DNA of 63,950 nucleotides, filler included, from Basidiobolus ranarum (lineage: Eukaryota), in assembly GCA_040143965.1 (NCBI GenBank). It is 10 parts of 10 records of this genome, joined end to end, with 100 filler letters (N's around TTAATTAATTAA, not from the genome) between each part and the next. Parts side by side here need not be neighbours in the genome. Positions count along the whole stretch, not along the records: positions 1 to 6,322 come from JASJQH010001343.1; positions 6,423 to 12,739 come from JASJQH010001344.1; positions 12,840 to 19,155 come from JASJQH010001345.1; 7 more parts are not named here. One strand, given 5' to 3'. The notes under the pieces were generated by a model. The model did not search any database. It saw nothing but the letters and a program-made list of their open reading frames with translations, and was not told where the DNA came from. The number at the start of each line of letters is the position of its first letter. Position 1 is the stretch's first letter. Of the stretch, positions 1 to 15,129 are shown piece by piece. The position numbers and the translations under genes were made by a program.

Positions 1-658
1 ACACATTATTTTGTTTACATCTTGACAAAACTATAAATGTCAACATTCTACTCAATAAATCAATAAGTGAAACCACTAATTCCTCTAATTCTCCAAACCA
101 CTTCCAACAGGCTCCCAAATACTTTAACATATATTACTACTTAGTAGAGGGAGAGTATTGTAGTTAGCATTGCCTGAACACCTATATAGTCATATATAGC
201 TTAGTACTTAGCCATTATATATCTCACAATGATATTACCCATTACTCTCAATTGGAATTTACTTTCAATACTTTTATCATCTTGGAGTTCTCATATCTTT
301 AGATTTTTCAAACTTGCATTAGGAGTCTCAAACTTTGTACCCATGTTTTGGTGACCTTCTTTAACATATTCAGCATTGTAGTTTGCATACATCTTAACGA
401 AATAGAAAAGTCAACTTTTAATAGAGTGAACCAAAAAGTAAAAACCACCAATTTCTCCAATTCTCCAAACCACTTCCAACAGGTCCCAGCTGCTTTAACA
501 GTTCCTGTGATCTTTCTTAGCACATTCAACATGTTAGTTTGCTTACATTTTGACAAAATTGTAAGCTTCAACTTTCATTGTAATTAACTGATAAGTGAAA
601 ACCATCAATTTTTTTAGTTCTCCAAACCACTTCCAACATGCGCCCAAATACTATAACA
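1..658 (+). mobile_element. Cluster of Ty1/Copia LTR relics: LTR 3' end 1-129, PPT 147-155, LTR 156-500, duplicated LTR 3' part to 658
   Basis: The block ...TCTCCAAACCACTTCCAACA...AACA occurs three times. GAGGGAGAG followed by TATTGTAGTTAGCATTGCC matches the PPT/LTR junction at 32780-32810 and the LTR at 16288-16610. CpG-depleted. Confidence 0.75.
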
Positions 659-3600
659 TATATTACCTATGGTATTACTTATACTATAGCTTAAAGTCTA
701 ATTTAGAGTAAGTTACTGGCAATATAGATACAATATGAATGTTGTAGGGTCATGTTAGGAGTATTAATACTTGAAAAGTGATTTCTTAATCATATTGTAT
801 TTACCTAGTGCATTTAACCAGAATTAACTCTGGTAACCAAATGATCAAGTCTTAGAAGGAACTTGTTGCTTATTGTCAGCAGTGGTAAACCTACATAGAG
901 TACTCTGCACCGATATATATCCAAGGTGGTTGCGATACTTTTAGTTGTAGTTCAAGACTCCACTCCCCTATTTTAAGAGATTTACAAGAACTGACTTCAA
1001 AACTTAAATGTACTTAGCTCTTAGTTACAATCAACGTTGGTATTTATGTAGTACAATTATATCTAATGCCAAACTTCACTATCTATTCAGTATAAGAGAG
1101 CATAATTATTAATCAAACTAGCACATTTTTGGAGATGCTATTCATTGCCTCAAGATCCACCCTCCATATTAACACGTTGAATATAAGCATTTCACGTGGG
1201 ATTTCGTGTGATTAAAGAAACCATTGGAAAATGAGTTCCAGAATTGTTACAAGTGTGATATGTATAGTCAAATAGATAGAATGGGTGGATTCACTCCGTA
1301 CGATCATCAACATCTGTACCAATGTGGTATATCCAAGTATTCAACTTCCAGCAGAGAAAATAGAAAAAGGTGGATTGAATCTGGCCACACAATCGACGCT
1401 TAAAGTAAGAATATAGCATTCTTTGTGGCCACCTCAGCCAAATCACCCAGATGGAATGATAACGTTCCAACTTGATCCGATGCCAACACCATGGCGTAGC
1501 TGGTTGATGCAAAATTCATCACCAATTTGTGCGCTCTTCAGTTACCAGTTAACTCATACAAAACCAGTATAGAAGAATTGATTTATCCGGATCTTACCTG
1601 AAATCATTCTACATCAATTACCTTTTTGCCTCAGCTTTATCATGCTACCCGAAAAAGACCCATCAAACGATGTGAAGCGGTGTATAACGGAACCTATCTA
1701 GCATAAATTGTTGTTATTGAGACCGGCATATGAGGTGAGTTGGGACTGGGTTAGTGAGCTACCAAAATGGATTTGTTTATCTAAATAAGCGACTCTCATC
1801 TACCTTAATGTGATTCATCTGATTCATCTTAAATCCATCCCATCAATCTAACCTAAATCCCTCAATTAGAGTATTCTGTGGAGTAGTGGCTGGCCTCTCC
1901 CTCTCCCAATGATGTCATTATCATGTGATGCCATAACACACTGGACGGAGCCCAGGAATGATCAACACCTGCTACTGCAACATCTCTACGTCTGTCCGTA
2001 GTGCCTGCCCATCCATGCAAGCAGGAAGTCAACATTCACATCAACACACTTCTCCCTGAAAATCCATCGAAGAAACCGGAGTTTTAAATGACGCAGAGAT
2101 TTCTTGGATAATTTACCTAAATAGGGATCCTCAGAAACATGGACTTCTTGATAGACCACGCTATAAATAAAACGTGCAGAAAATCCATGATGTCGGTGTA
2201 GAGCTAACTTTAGATCGGTGATAAAGGCAAATACCATCGCAGATTTGGAAATTGGATAATTCTATTATTATGGCGAATCTTAATTCGTTCCACCAAATAT
2301 GTTCCATCATTGATCAACGATCTGAATGATTGCTTGCCCAGCGATAATTTTGACTAGCCTAACAGGGTCATGAGGCTTACGTTCAGATGAGTCTCCAGCG
2401 ACTATCGGGCTGGCAATACTCTGCACTGCTCCAGGAGCCCCGTCGATGTATGTATGGAAGCCCCCTCCTAGCATACACTCAGTGGAAAGAGATACCGCCA
2501 AGTACGTAGCCTTCCCACCACTCACAAATGGCTAGCTATCTGCAGAGAGATACCACGATCCATCAGCAAACTCCGATAAATGCGACACTCGTAGAGTAAC
2601 CATTGGACAACCATTTCCGCCATACACATTCGCTAGATTCATAAGCAGTGAATTGGTAACATTGATCTTGATATTCCCTTTTTTGTTCAAGGCATCGCTG
2701 CTTTCGAGAGAAAAGCCTGGCTAGACATGTTCTTAGCTGGTATTAGATTTGAATCTTGAGGGCAAGGTATCATTAAATCTGACATTCAAAATTAGACGGT
2801 CTGTCTGCTGATTCGACAGACTGACGGTTTCTCTTCTGGAAATAGTGAGAGAACTCATTTATCAGGCCAATGGGACTCGCCCTCTGGAAATGGTGGGAAA
2901 TTTCCCTGCAAGACATCCTTCTATATTTGGGGAATCTATTTAAAGCAGCCACCTCATAGGCCAATGAGCTAATGCTAATTAAAAGCTTCATCGATAATGA
3001 AATGTAGTTACATAAACATGAGCGAGCCAATGGATGGGGTGGAAATTAATGATGTCGAAGATTAAATAACTATTCATATTATTAGCTCACCCTTCACAGC
3101 CCAGTGCAATTAATGGCGGTCAGGATGACAGCATGAAAAATCCCTTTTGTTCAGGAATCGGTAGCTTAGATTTGCATGTGAACTCGCAGATTGGCGAGAG
3201 GGCCGTGGTCCTGAACAGCTCATTCAGTCCAGTGTTCGGTCCAATTGGCTAAGGGCTGATATTAACTCAGGAGTAACACATACAATATTGTTGGCAGCAG
3301 CCGTATCTTGGTTGGAAGATACTCTAACAAAGTATATGCAAAGTAGGTGTGACGCGAGGAGCGCGATGTTTGGCGCACTTTAGAAATTCTTCAGAACCAC
3401 GCCAAGTTTGCCATATTAGTTCGGTTTGCCATGAATAATTTCAAGTCTAGATTAACATTTTTGTGTTTCCATTGCGATCCTATTAACCCCCTTTATATTA
3501 TAATCAATGTTTCTTTTTAACGTGTGCCCAAATCAGGGAGTGGATAATATTCCTACAGATTAGAAATGAATATTTCCTACATTGTTCCATGCTTTACGAC

Positions 3601-3745
3601 TATTGTATTCTGTTACAATCCCCAAGTGTTCAACCCAACAGATTTCAATTATCCGAGGTTTTGGCGAAATATATAATGGTCACCTCTCCCACCGATTTTT
3701 ATTATCATCCGTGTCTTCACGATTTTCTTCTAATAATAATTCAAT

Positions 3746-5227
3746 ATGCCTATCCCTACTCCAGATATTGAAGTCCTCCGTCAACGTTACGTAAACGCTG
3801 GTCAAGACCATGTACTTACTTTCTTCGATGACCTTTCCCCACTTGAGCAAAGTGGATTGATTGCACAACTTAACACCCTTGATGTCGATCGTGTTAATCG
3901 TATTTTCACAAAGGCTACTAGTGGCTCCGCATCCTCTCAGGATTCGACCACCATCGAACCTCTTCCTGAAGACTGCTTTGAATCTGCCTTGAATTGCAAC
4001 CCTTCAAAGATTCAGGAATGGGAACAGTTGGGTTTGAAAATGATTGCTGAGGGTAAGGTAGCCGTTATTCTTATGGCCGGTGGTCAAGGTACCCGTTTGG
4101 GCTCTTCCCTACCCAAGGGTTGTTACGATATCGGTCTTCCCTCCCAGAAGAGTTTATTCCAACTTCAAGCAGAACGTATTACCAGATTACAACAAATCGC
4201 CAAGGAGCACCAAAAGGAAAATAAAGAGGTGGTCATTCCTTGGTATGTTATGACATCTGGTCCTACCAGACAAGCTACTGAGGAACACTTTAAAACTCAA
4301 AATTTCTTCGGTTTGGAGGAGAAGAATATTTTCTTCTTCAATCAAGGTACCCTCCCTTGTTTAACTAACGAAGGAAAAATTATGCTCGAAAAGAAAGGTC
4401 AACTTGCTGTCGCTCCCGATGGTAATGGTGGAATTTATTCTGCTCTTCGTCAAGAAGGTGTCCTCGCTGACCTTGCCTCCCGTGGTGTTCAATTCATCCA
4501 TTCTTACTGTGTCGATAATTGCCTCGTGCACGTTGCTGATCCCGTTTTCATCGGATACTGTGTTTCAAAGAACGCAGATTGCGGAGTGAAGACCGTTCCT
4601 AAGAGCGCTCCCGAAGAACCAGTTGGTGTTGTTTGTCTTCGTAATGAGAAATTCGGAGTTGTTGAATACAGTGAAATCAACGAAGAAATTGCCAATCGTA
4701 CTCGTGCTGATGGTAACCTTGCTTTCGGTGCTGCCAATATTGCCAATCACTTCTACACTCTAGACTTCCTTAACAGTGTTGAATCATTCGAAGACAACCT
4801 CGAATATCACATTGCCAGAAAGAAGATCAAGCATGTTGACCACAACGTTGGTGAATTCGTCAATCCTACCAAGCCTAACGGACTGAAACTTGAGTTGTTC
4901 GTATTCGATGTCTTCCCCTTCACTAAGCGTATGGCAGTATTTGAAGTCGATCGTAAGGAGGAATTCTCACCACTCAAGAATGCCCCCGGTACTGGAGTCG
5001 ATTGTCCAGAAACCAGCAAGCGTGATATTATCTCGCAGCAAATTCGATTCGTTGAGAACGCCGGTGGTAAGGTCGATCTTCGTGGGGAATCCCCCGAAAA
5101 CGCCTTGTTCGAGATCTCCCCACTTTTGTCTTACGCTGGAGAAGGATTGGAGTGCTTCAAGGGTAAAACCATTACCACTCCCGCTATCTTCCAAACTGTT
5201 GAGGATATCGAGAAATATTTCAGTTAA
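3746..5227 (+). CDS. UAP1: UDP-N-acetylglucosamine pyrophosphorylase, 493 aa, intronless
   Basis: Motifs LMAGGQGTRLGSSLPKG, PDGNGG, VEYSE, KLELFVFDVF and EFSPLKN; complete ORF. Confidence 0.97.
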   Translation: MPIPTPDIEVLRQRYVNAGQDHVLTFFDDLSPLEQSGLIAQLNTLDVDRVNRIFTKATSGSASSQDSTTIEPLPEDCFESALNCNPSKIQEWEQLGLKMIAEGKVAVILMAGGQGTRLGSSLPKGCYDIGLPSQKSLFQLQAERITRLQQIAKEHQKENKEVVIPWYVMTSGPTRQATEEHFKTQNFFGLEEKNIFFFNQGTLPCLTNEGKIMLEKKGQLAVAPDGNGGIYSALRQEGVLADLASRGVQFIHSYCVDNCLVHVADPVFIGYCVSKNADCGVKTVPKSAPEEPVGVVCLRNEKFGVVEYSEINEEIANRTRADGNLAFGAANIANHFYTLDFLNSVESFEDNLEYHIARKKIKHVDHNVGEFVNPTKPNGLKLELFVFDVFPFTKRMAVFEVDRKEEFSPLKNAPGTGVDCPETSKRDIISQQIRFVENAGGKVDLRGESPENALFEISPLLSYAGEGLECFKGKTITTPAIFQTVEDIEKYFS

Positions 5228-6322
5228 TTTACCATTGACACATTCGCGAGTTCAATATACTCTTCCTCATTCGTTATACCCTTAGTTTCTTCCCGTTCAT
5301 GAAAATGTACCACTACATCACATCATTACATGTATTCATAGCCATTAATCTTTTCACATTAGTCCTAAACCAGCACAATAAACTACATATACATATGGTA
5401 ATCATTGGGTGCTTTACTAATTTTATCGATAGGATCTCACCTATCTAGGAAGTTAGCGAGTAAGGGCACCATCGGATCCCCAGATTAATTTTTCTTTCAT
5501 ATTGCTAAGAGACCACTACGTAGGTCAAATTATGGAAAACGATGTGGTGGACTTCTTAGTGGAAGAGGCTGCCCATCAAGATTGCTAGGATGCACACTCT
5601 TCATTATATTTTATCATCGTACCACCAACTTACTACTAAGCTATCGGGTGAATCCGCTTACACTTACAGCATGTAGTGAACGAATTGGAAGCCTCCAATG
5701 GGCGATGGGTCGATTGATGTTGGATGATCTGGTTTGACTGGTAGAATAATTGTACTACTTAATTTCTTATGTATCGGAGGCTTTTTTGTAGTAGCAGGTA
5801 TACTCCAGGTTACAGGCCTGCTTCCATCCGCTTGTTGTTATTGAAAGCAAGGCACAGCCTGTAGGCAATGTAGGTGTGCTCATAGTTTGGGTGAATCAAA
5901 CAGCTTGGCAGAAGTTGGAGGGATTTGGCTAGTGCAGGTGGTGCGAAATTCAATCAACCTCAGTGGAAAATCATGAATTGATGGAAGTAGCCTATGGCGA
6001 TCGATTCTCCAGGATGGTACTACAGCAATTACTCTAAGTTACCCGCCATATATTTAGCCAAGCACATGACAGCCAGTAGTCTTCAACTTTATGCAGTAGG
6101 CGTTGCTTGATCGAGTATAATAGCGTTGGGAAATTAACTAATCAACTCCGTCATCGTATCAATCTATTTAGCTGGACTTGCTTTTACTGATGCATCATGG
6201 AAGTAGGCGGAAATTGACCAATGGAGCTAACCACACTTCATGAGGCCTCGATTGGTAAGCGGATGCTAGCAAACGGTTGCTAAAAAAGTGCGATATCATG
6301 AATCCAGTTTAATTATACGCCT

Positions 6323-6422
6323 NNNNNNNNNNNNNNNNNNNNNNNNNNNNNNNNNNNNNNNNNNNNTTAATTAATTAANNNNNNNNNNNNNNNNNNNNNN
6401 NNNNNNNNNNNNNNNNNNNNNN
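6323..6422. other. Artificial contig linker (N44-TTAATTAATTAA-N44)
   Basis: Identical 100-nt spacer with stops in all six frames. Confidence 0.99.
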
Positions 6423-7767
6423 TGGCGTGGCTATATTTCCCGTAGACCCTTTAATCATTAGCCAATGCACCTATACTAGTTGTAGTAAACAGGGATGGGA
6501 CTTGGGGTGGCAAGTAAGTAATGTTATTGAACATTGCTCTATTGACTCCATTATCCATGACATAAAAGTTCACGTCGAGGATGATTCGATTGTCTGGTGT
6601 CACTGAGGCGGTAGCAACGACAGGAACTAACGTAGTATCGTCAAACTCCGCGTCTGAGCTGGAAGGTGACGGATTAATTGGCGCGTTAGTGGCGTAGATA
6701 ATGGTGGCATTGATGAGTGGATTTAAATTTGGGTTGGTTGTTGGGAACATAGTGACATCTATGTCGGCGTGCATGATGAAATTATTAGCAGTGGAATTTT
6801 TGGCCTGTACCAAAACGGAATATCGTTGAGCAGCAGTAATGGGTAGTACTGTTGCCGTTTGAGAAATAACATCCACTCCGTCAACTTCGATAATCTCCAA
6901 ATCATGTCCATCAATATGAAAATTGAACATTGCGAAAGCTGACATATTAAGGATACGTAGACGATACACTTTTCCGGGAACAAAATTGAAAGTAGCATTC
7001 TGAGATCCATTGATTACTCCCGCGTCGGGACCTGGCTCGGCCCCTGAAGGGTTGTATATGTTCAAGTATTTGGACAGAAGTACGCCATGTTCATCATAAT
7101 ACCAATCCGACAGTGTAATAATGTACTCATCATCATATGTGTAGCGTTCCTGTTTAGCATGTAGGATCAACGGAGCTCTTAATCCGTCAACGTATTGACC
7201 TCGGTAGTGACCATGCATCCAGTATGTTCCCGTTTGTTGAATCGGAATATTGTAAGTGAGATTTCCATTGGACGGTATGGGACTACGTAGCAATAAAAAA
7301 GTTAAGTAAATGTTATGACTACCTTGAATTGTCTTGACTCACCATTGTTGAAACATCGCGGCACCATCGTAGTAATTAGTTCCATTTTGTAGTAGGCCGT
7401 GGCCATGAAGGGTAGTACCTACGTCAAGGGAATTATGCTGCACGCCATGGTAAATCAGATAGGATCATCCGGGCCAAGTGTCAAGTTGTAGACTTACCAC
7501 ATTTACAATCAAAGTGTCTCCCTCTGTTGCTTCTAAAGGAGGAACGCTACAGAAGGTCTGGTTAGTGCTAGAAACCTCCAATGACTGCCGCTGGATCACT
7601 TACGGAAATTGTCCATTCACTCCGATAACCCTTCGAGGATGCCCACCTGTCGGATCAAGGCCGTTGACATAGGTAATCTCCCAATTGTAGACTCTGTCTA
7701 TAGCCTGAACACTAGATTCTAGACCAAGAATCAAGAGCAGTAGTCTGTGGGTGGGTGTGTATATCAT
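6423..7767 (-). CDS. FET3: Fet3-like multicopper ferroxidase; 4 exons seen, 3'-truncated by the contig end, in-frame TAA at 6451-6453
   Basis: Signal peptide; spliced RVIGVNGQFP|VPPLEATEGD, TLHGHG and TYWMHGHYRGQYVDGLRAPL copper motifs; GT-AG introns near 7547-7603, 7438-7497 and 7283-7342; head-to-head with FTR1. Confidence 0.92.
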
Positions 7768-8647
7768 GATGAAGAGGCCAATAGTCAAGAACTGAAAGGA
7801 AGTAATGCCATTTAAAAGCCGACGACTTCGTACTCTCCATATCTAGAAAAGCTCTCAGACACGATCAGACTACTTAGAAGACCCATTGAATTTAGTTTAC
7901 AAGTGAACTCCAATAGAGTTTATGTGTGCATATGATATTAGTACCATATCAAGAATCTCTCCAAGAGACAGTCACCATTCATTGGCAATTTATCTGATTT
8001 TTCTTATCAGTCGCATCATGAGCCTTCGTGTGAAATTAAAGAGGTAGCTGATGACAATGTCAAAAGAAACACTGTCTCTAACTGATACATCCTTAGCCTA
8101 TGGTGTAGATGCTTCATATGCCAATCCACCCAATTGATTCTGGTGGTCGCCAACACTCTACACCTGAATGAACCACAGAGGCTCCACACTATCCGGGAAG
8201 GTTGGCATCACCAATAACTCAGCATCATTCATACGGAAATAATCTACGACTATCTATGTTTGGAGAATCTTGTAATAGCTGTACTGGACATTCCTGGCAA
8301 AGCTATTCAAGAAACAACCTCTGCACCCACAACATGTGACTCAATGTTTTCAAGCGACAACTGAGGCCATCTGTTGGAAACCCGTGAGCTTTCATGATTA
8401 GCTAGCGATCTGGTGAGAATATGTTTTCGCGATGATCCGAGCGGATCTCCTCTTCATGACAGACATGAAGTAGATTATTTGTAATTGGATTTCTTTAGCT
8501 TACACCCATCACCTCTCCAACATAAAATGATCGAATTGGTGCGATCATTTTATTCCTCCCAAAGATCATTCTACGGTGAGAGTAAACTCACCAAACCATT
8601 TCGACATTTCTCTACACTCTGTACTTTGAGGACACCAAATCAATCAG
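7768..8647. promoter_or_regulatory. Bidirectional FET3/FTR1 promoter with an iron-GATA box (ATCAGATAA, minus strand 7990-7998) and a second GATA site (8003-8010)
   Basis: Lies between two divergent start codons; TTATCTGAT followed by CTTATCAG matches the SreA/Urbs1/Fep1-type consensus ATCWGATAA. Confidence 0.7.
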
Positions 8648-9796
8648 ATGTCCAAGGATCTCTTCAGCATCCCTATATTCTTTATTCTCTTTCGTGAGAC
8701 TACAGAGGCTGCTATCATCGTCTCCGTATTACTTTCTTTCCTTGCCCAAGTCTACCATGACGAACCCAAGCTTCATCGTCGCTTGAAAAAGCAAGTATGG
8801 TTTGGCACTCTACTTGGTCTGTTGGTCAGTCTTGGCATTGGTGGTGCGTTTATTGCTGTATGGTATACAGTAGCCTCTGACTTGTGGGGTAAGAGTGAGA
8901 AGCTATGGGAAGGCTGCTTCTGCTTAGTGGCTGTCATCATGATTACTCTAATGGGATTAGCCATGCTAAGGACAAATAAAATGCAAGAGAAATGGAAGGT
9001 AAAACTCGCCAACACGATGGATAACGACACTTCCAAGGGGATTCGTGCCAAATCTCGAAAATATGCGTTATTCTTACTACCATTCATTACTGTGATGAGA
9101 GAAGGACTTGAAGGAGTGGTTTTCATCGGGGGGATCTCTATCAGTGAGCCGGCCAGCTCCATCCCAATTGCTGCCATATGTGGGATATTATGTGGTTGTC
9201 TGGTCGGCTGGATTATATTTAGGTAAATACAATGAACATACTCCTTGAATAGATACCGATTGTTGATTCACGTTTGCTTTAATAGAGGTGGCAATATCAT
9301 GAAATTCCAATGGTTCTTTGTAGCTTCAACCTGTGTGTTATTCTTGATTGCTGCTGGGCTATTCTCAAGGGCCATCGGATTCTTCGAGTCACATGTGTGG
9401 GCTAATCGAACTAATGCCGCCAATGCTGCCGCTGACGATGCAGGGGGGATCACCTTTGATGTTCGTACAAATGTGTGGTACGTTGTAGACAGGAATTGTT
9501 CAATGGACATGGATTAATTTCGATCATAATTTAATAGGTACCTTACCTGCTGTAACCCTGAGAATCCTAACGAGGGAGGGTGGCAAATCTTCAATGCCAT
9601 TCTTGGATGGAATAACATCGCATCTTTGGGGACTATTCTTGGATATGTATTGTATTGGTTAGCCATCACTGGATACCTTATTTATCTGAAAGCGCGTAAT
9701 CGTCGCAAGGATAGAATGATTGCTGCAAATACCGCGTCCGATTTCGGGTTCAAAGCTCCCAACCCCTCTGGTGAACTTGCACAGGAACTGACTTGA
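8648..9796 (+). CDS. FTR1: High-affinity iron permease Ftr1; exons 8648-9222, 9286-9477, 9538-9796
   Basis: Two REXXE motifs (RETTE, REGLE), CCNPE and GGWQIFNAILGWNN; GT-AG introns keep the frame. Confidence 0.96.
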
Positions 9797-10161
9797 AAAG
9801 AAATTTACCCATATTACATTACCTTGAACTGGTTACAAATCCGTGTTGATAAATGACATGAATAAATCATTGCGTCCAAAACACTTAAAACGACTTCATC
9901 CAATCATCTACACCCTGATGCTGCCCAGGGGCGTCAGGCCAACTGTCCACAAACAGTTCATTGAGAATAGCCAGTGATATTCAATAATTTATTGGCAACA
10001 TACTACATTTGTCTATTAGACCATGTGTTCTTTATTCATCGTCTTGGAGGTTCAAACAATAAAATATATATTAACTTGATGATATTGTACAAGCAAAAGA
10101 AACCTTGCAGATTTCATGGTTAAATTTTTCACCTGGCGCTTTAACGAAAAGGGCAGTCAGT

Positions 10162-12739
<2,578 letters not shown>

Positions 12740-12839
12740 NNNNNNNNNNNNNNNNNNNNNNNNNNNNNNNNNNNNNNNNNNNNTTAATTAATTAANNNNN
12801 NNNNNNNNNNNNNNNNNNNNNNNNNNNNNNNNNNNNNNN
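12740..12839. other. Artificial contig linker
   Basis: N44-TTAATTAATTAA-N44. Confidence 0.99.
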
Positions 12840-13080
12840 GTAAAAGATCTTTAATATTTTCTTGGAGTCCATATTGGAATTGGTTGATAAGGGCAGATTC
12901 TCCCCAATTGAGATCACAGACAAGAAGGTGGAGTTCTGCAGCATAAGTTGGATTTGCAGTATAGCTGGGTAGAGCTGGATTCTGTACTTGAGCAATAGTA
13001 GTACAAAGTTCTTGATTTCCTTGCTGAAGCTGAGTAAGAGTTTGCAAAATATCTTCCATTGTGAGGGCTGGTGTAGACAT
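12840..13080 (-). mobile_element. Ty3/Gypsy gag fragment (internally deleted, truncated by contig end)
   Basis: YAAELHLLVCDLNWGESALINQFQYGLQENIKDLL resembles the retrotransposon gag domain; lies downstream of the LTR/PBS at 13441-13926. Confidence 0.75.
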
Positions 13081-13440
13081 AATACTTACTATGTTGAGAG
13101 GGGGAAGTTTTAAAACCACAAGTTTCTTTAGGGATGATAATCACAAGACAATGTCCAACTTTCTGTTGAAGAAAAGATTGACACCTTGACAAAAGAATAT
13201 GCTGGTATCAACATCCTTTGATCTTGATCAAGTACAAAAGCTTTGTTGATCAAAAACAACTGCAAACTCAACCAGTAGTGTCTTGAAAAGGATGCACTTA
13301 GAGCAATTATCCAAAGGTGGAAGGTATCTTTGCCTTAGCAGGGAAGCTTGGGAAAGATAGGGAATAAGAGGGAAGCCAACCTTGGGGGATTTCAAGGTTT
13401 AAGAAAAGGGATGGAGAGAAGTCTAATGGCAGGTATAAGT

Positions 13441-13926
13441 AGTCTGATCAAACTGTCACAATAAGTTACTAGACAAGAACTGGAAACAATAACAAGAGGC
13501 TAGAAGGCAGGAGAGTACTTGAGTGTAGATCACAAGACAAGACTGGACATGGAAGATACTTTGGCAAGAATCTTTATTGATAACTGGCACTGATCAGACT
13601 GAGGTCTGATCATGAAATACATAGGGCTTACATAGATATTGCAAGGTGAAACATATTATACTGATTAGAGAATATACTGTGGCAAGTTTGAGATTTAGGA
13701 TGTTGGGGACTACAAGGACCAATACAAAGAGGGATGATGTAAGGATAATGTAAGGATGATCAGGTGACCTTCCATGGAAGGTCTTGGCAGAAACACACTA
13801 TGTGTGGGATGACATGATTGGTTAGGTTGCATGGAATGTTCCAAAGAGCATGACTTCCATATATGGTTATCTGGATGAACTAACACAAGGTTTCAAGGAA
13901 GGGATGGCACAGCAGATATGATGTCA
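13441..13926 (-). mobile_element. Gypsy 5' LTR (~13926-13454) with self-priming-type PBS (13453-13441)
   Basis: On the minus strand: TG...TGTGACA end, internal AATAAA, and PBS GTTTGATCAGACT complementary to the LTR-internal AGTCTGATCA (13600-13591); followed by a leader and gag. Confidence 0.65.
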
Positions 13927-13956
13927 TAATCTAATAATAGAAGAGTTCTATTTGCA

Positions 13957-14811
13957 GTGAATCAGCATGCCAAGATCAGAATCATGATAGCAAAAGGCAA
14001 TTGGCCTAGTATAGGCCCATTCATCAAACATCTCCAAAATGTACACAATTATCAGCTTGGAAAAGAAAGAAAAGCAGCTAAAGAAGTACTCATGAAGCAG
14101 GAAGTTAGTAAACCCAAGGGAAAAGCAAAGGAGTCAATGAGTTTTGGCTCTACTCTCCCACTTACCAAATTCTTCAAACCATTACAAAGATCTGCATTTC
14201 CACAGTGAGATATACTGGCAAAAAAGCTTAATTTCACCACTGAACCTGGTACACCAGTTGGAAGAGTGCTAAATTCAGAAGTTTATCCAACACCTGGTAC
14301 CTCTCAACAAGCCACAACACCAGAAAATAAAACTCATGGCTCTTCAACCTCAACTGGTACTTTTTAAAGTGTTGAATTTCACCTCAAGCTTTATGGCAAG
14401 CAAAAAGCCTCACAAGTACCACAAAGCATCCTCAGTAGTGTCACACTACAAGGATATACAAAAATAGTCAAAGTGCTTGAGGAGTATTTTCAAAAGTATG
14501 ATGGGAAAAACGCAGTGCAAGTATGCAGAAAGTGGCTTTGGAAGAAGAACATTCCACATGACATTCAGTCTGGTGTTGATTTTGCAGATATCTGGAAAGA
14601 ACTTAATACAGAGTGGCTTAATATTGCAGGGTATCTGCCAGATAGCTGGAAGAATGCTGATTCAGCAACATTAATACAAATGTGGGCTTTGATGGAGATA
14701 TTGATACAAACTTGTGTTGGGTATGAGCTAAACCTTGGGTATGAAGAACTCTATAAACATATTGAGGAGAATATATGTAAGAGACTAGGGATTTTGAAGA
14801 TGACAAATTAG
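13957..14811 (+). pseudogene. Decayed ORF of unknown, probably transposon-derived, origin
   Basis: ORF pieces broken by stops in CpG-depleted DNA; FIKHLQNVH resembles the end of a zinc finger. Confidence 0.35.
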
Positions 14812-15129
14812 CATTCAAGTGGTAATTGTGTAAAATTTGAGTTAAACTTTTACACATGTGTTGATCCATAGTTCTTGGCAATTGTAGCCAATCATTTGCA
14901 ATTATTTTGCAAGATCTTGAAATTTCACTCCTGAAACTGAAAAAATTGATTAAAATCAAATCTAAGTTGACAATTTTATGATGGTAAGTAAATGGTCATT
15001 CCCAAATGTATTAAAATTGTTATGGTTTTCCTACAATAATAATCCTCAAATTTATGTTAGGGAATATCTATATGCTTGCTTCTATTAGGCAATGTGGGAT
15101 ATTTATGCTAATTTGATACAACTATGATT

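Noticed and set aside
1-658. ~150-bp repeats and ORFs 308-571/348-587 as a repeat protein or CRISPR array
   Set aside because: They are explained as Copia LTR 3' modules found on several contigs; there is no repeat-spacer structure.
1260-3030. Short ORFs upstream of UAP1
   Set aside because: No recognisable motifs or consistent exon chain.
3746-5227. Intronless UAP1 as a retrocopy or HGT gene
   Set aside because: The sequence is typically fungal with no polyA or TSD remnant; long exons also occur in myosin and CDA.
8322-8507. Aft1-like TGCACCC (8322) and TACACCC (8501) in the FET3/FTR1 promoter
   Set aside because: These are short motifs expected by chance, and Aft-type iron regulation is characteristic of Saccharomycetaceae; not supportable here.
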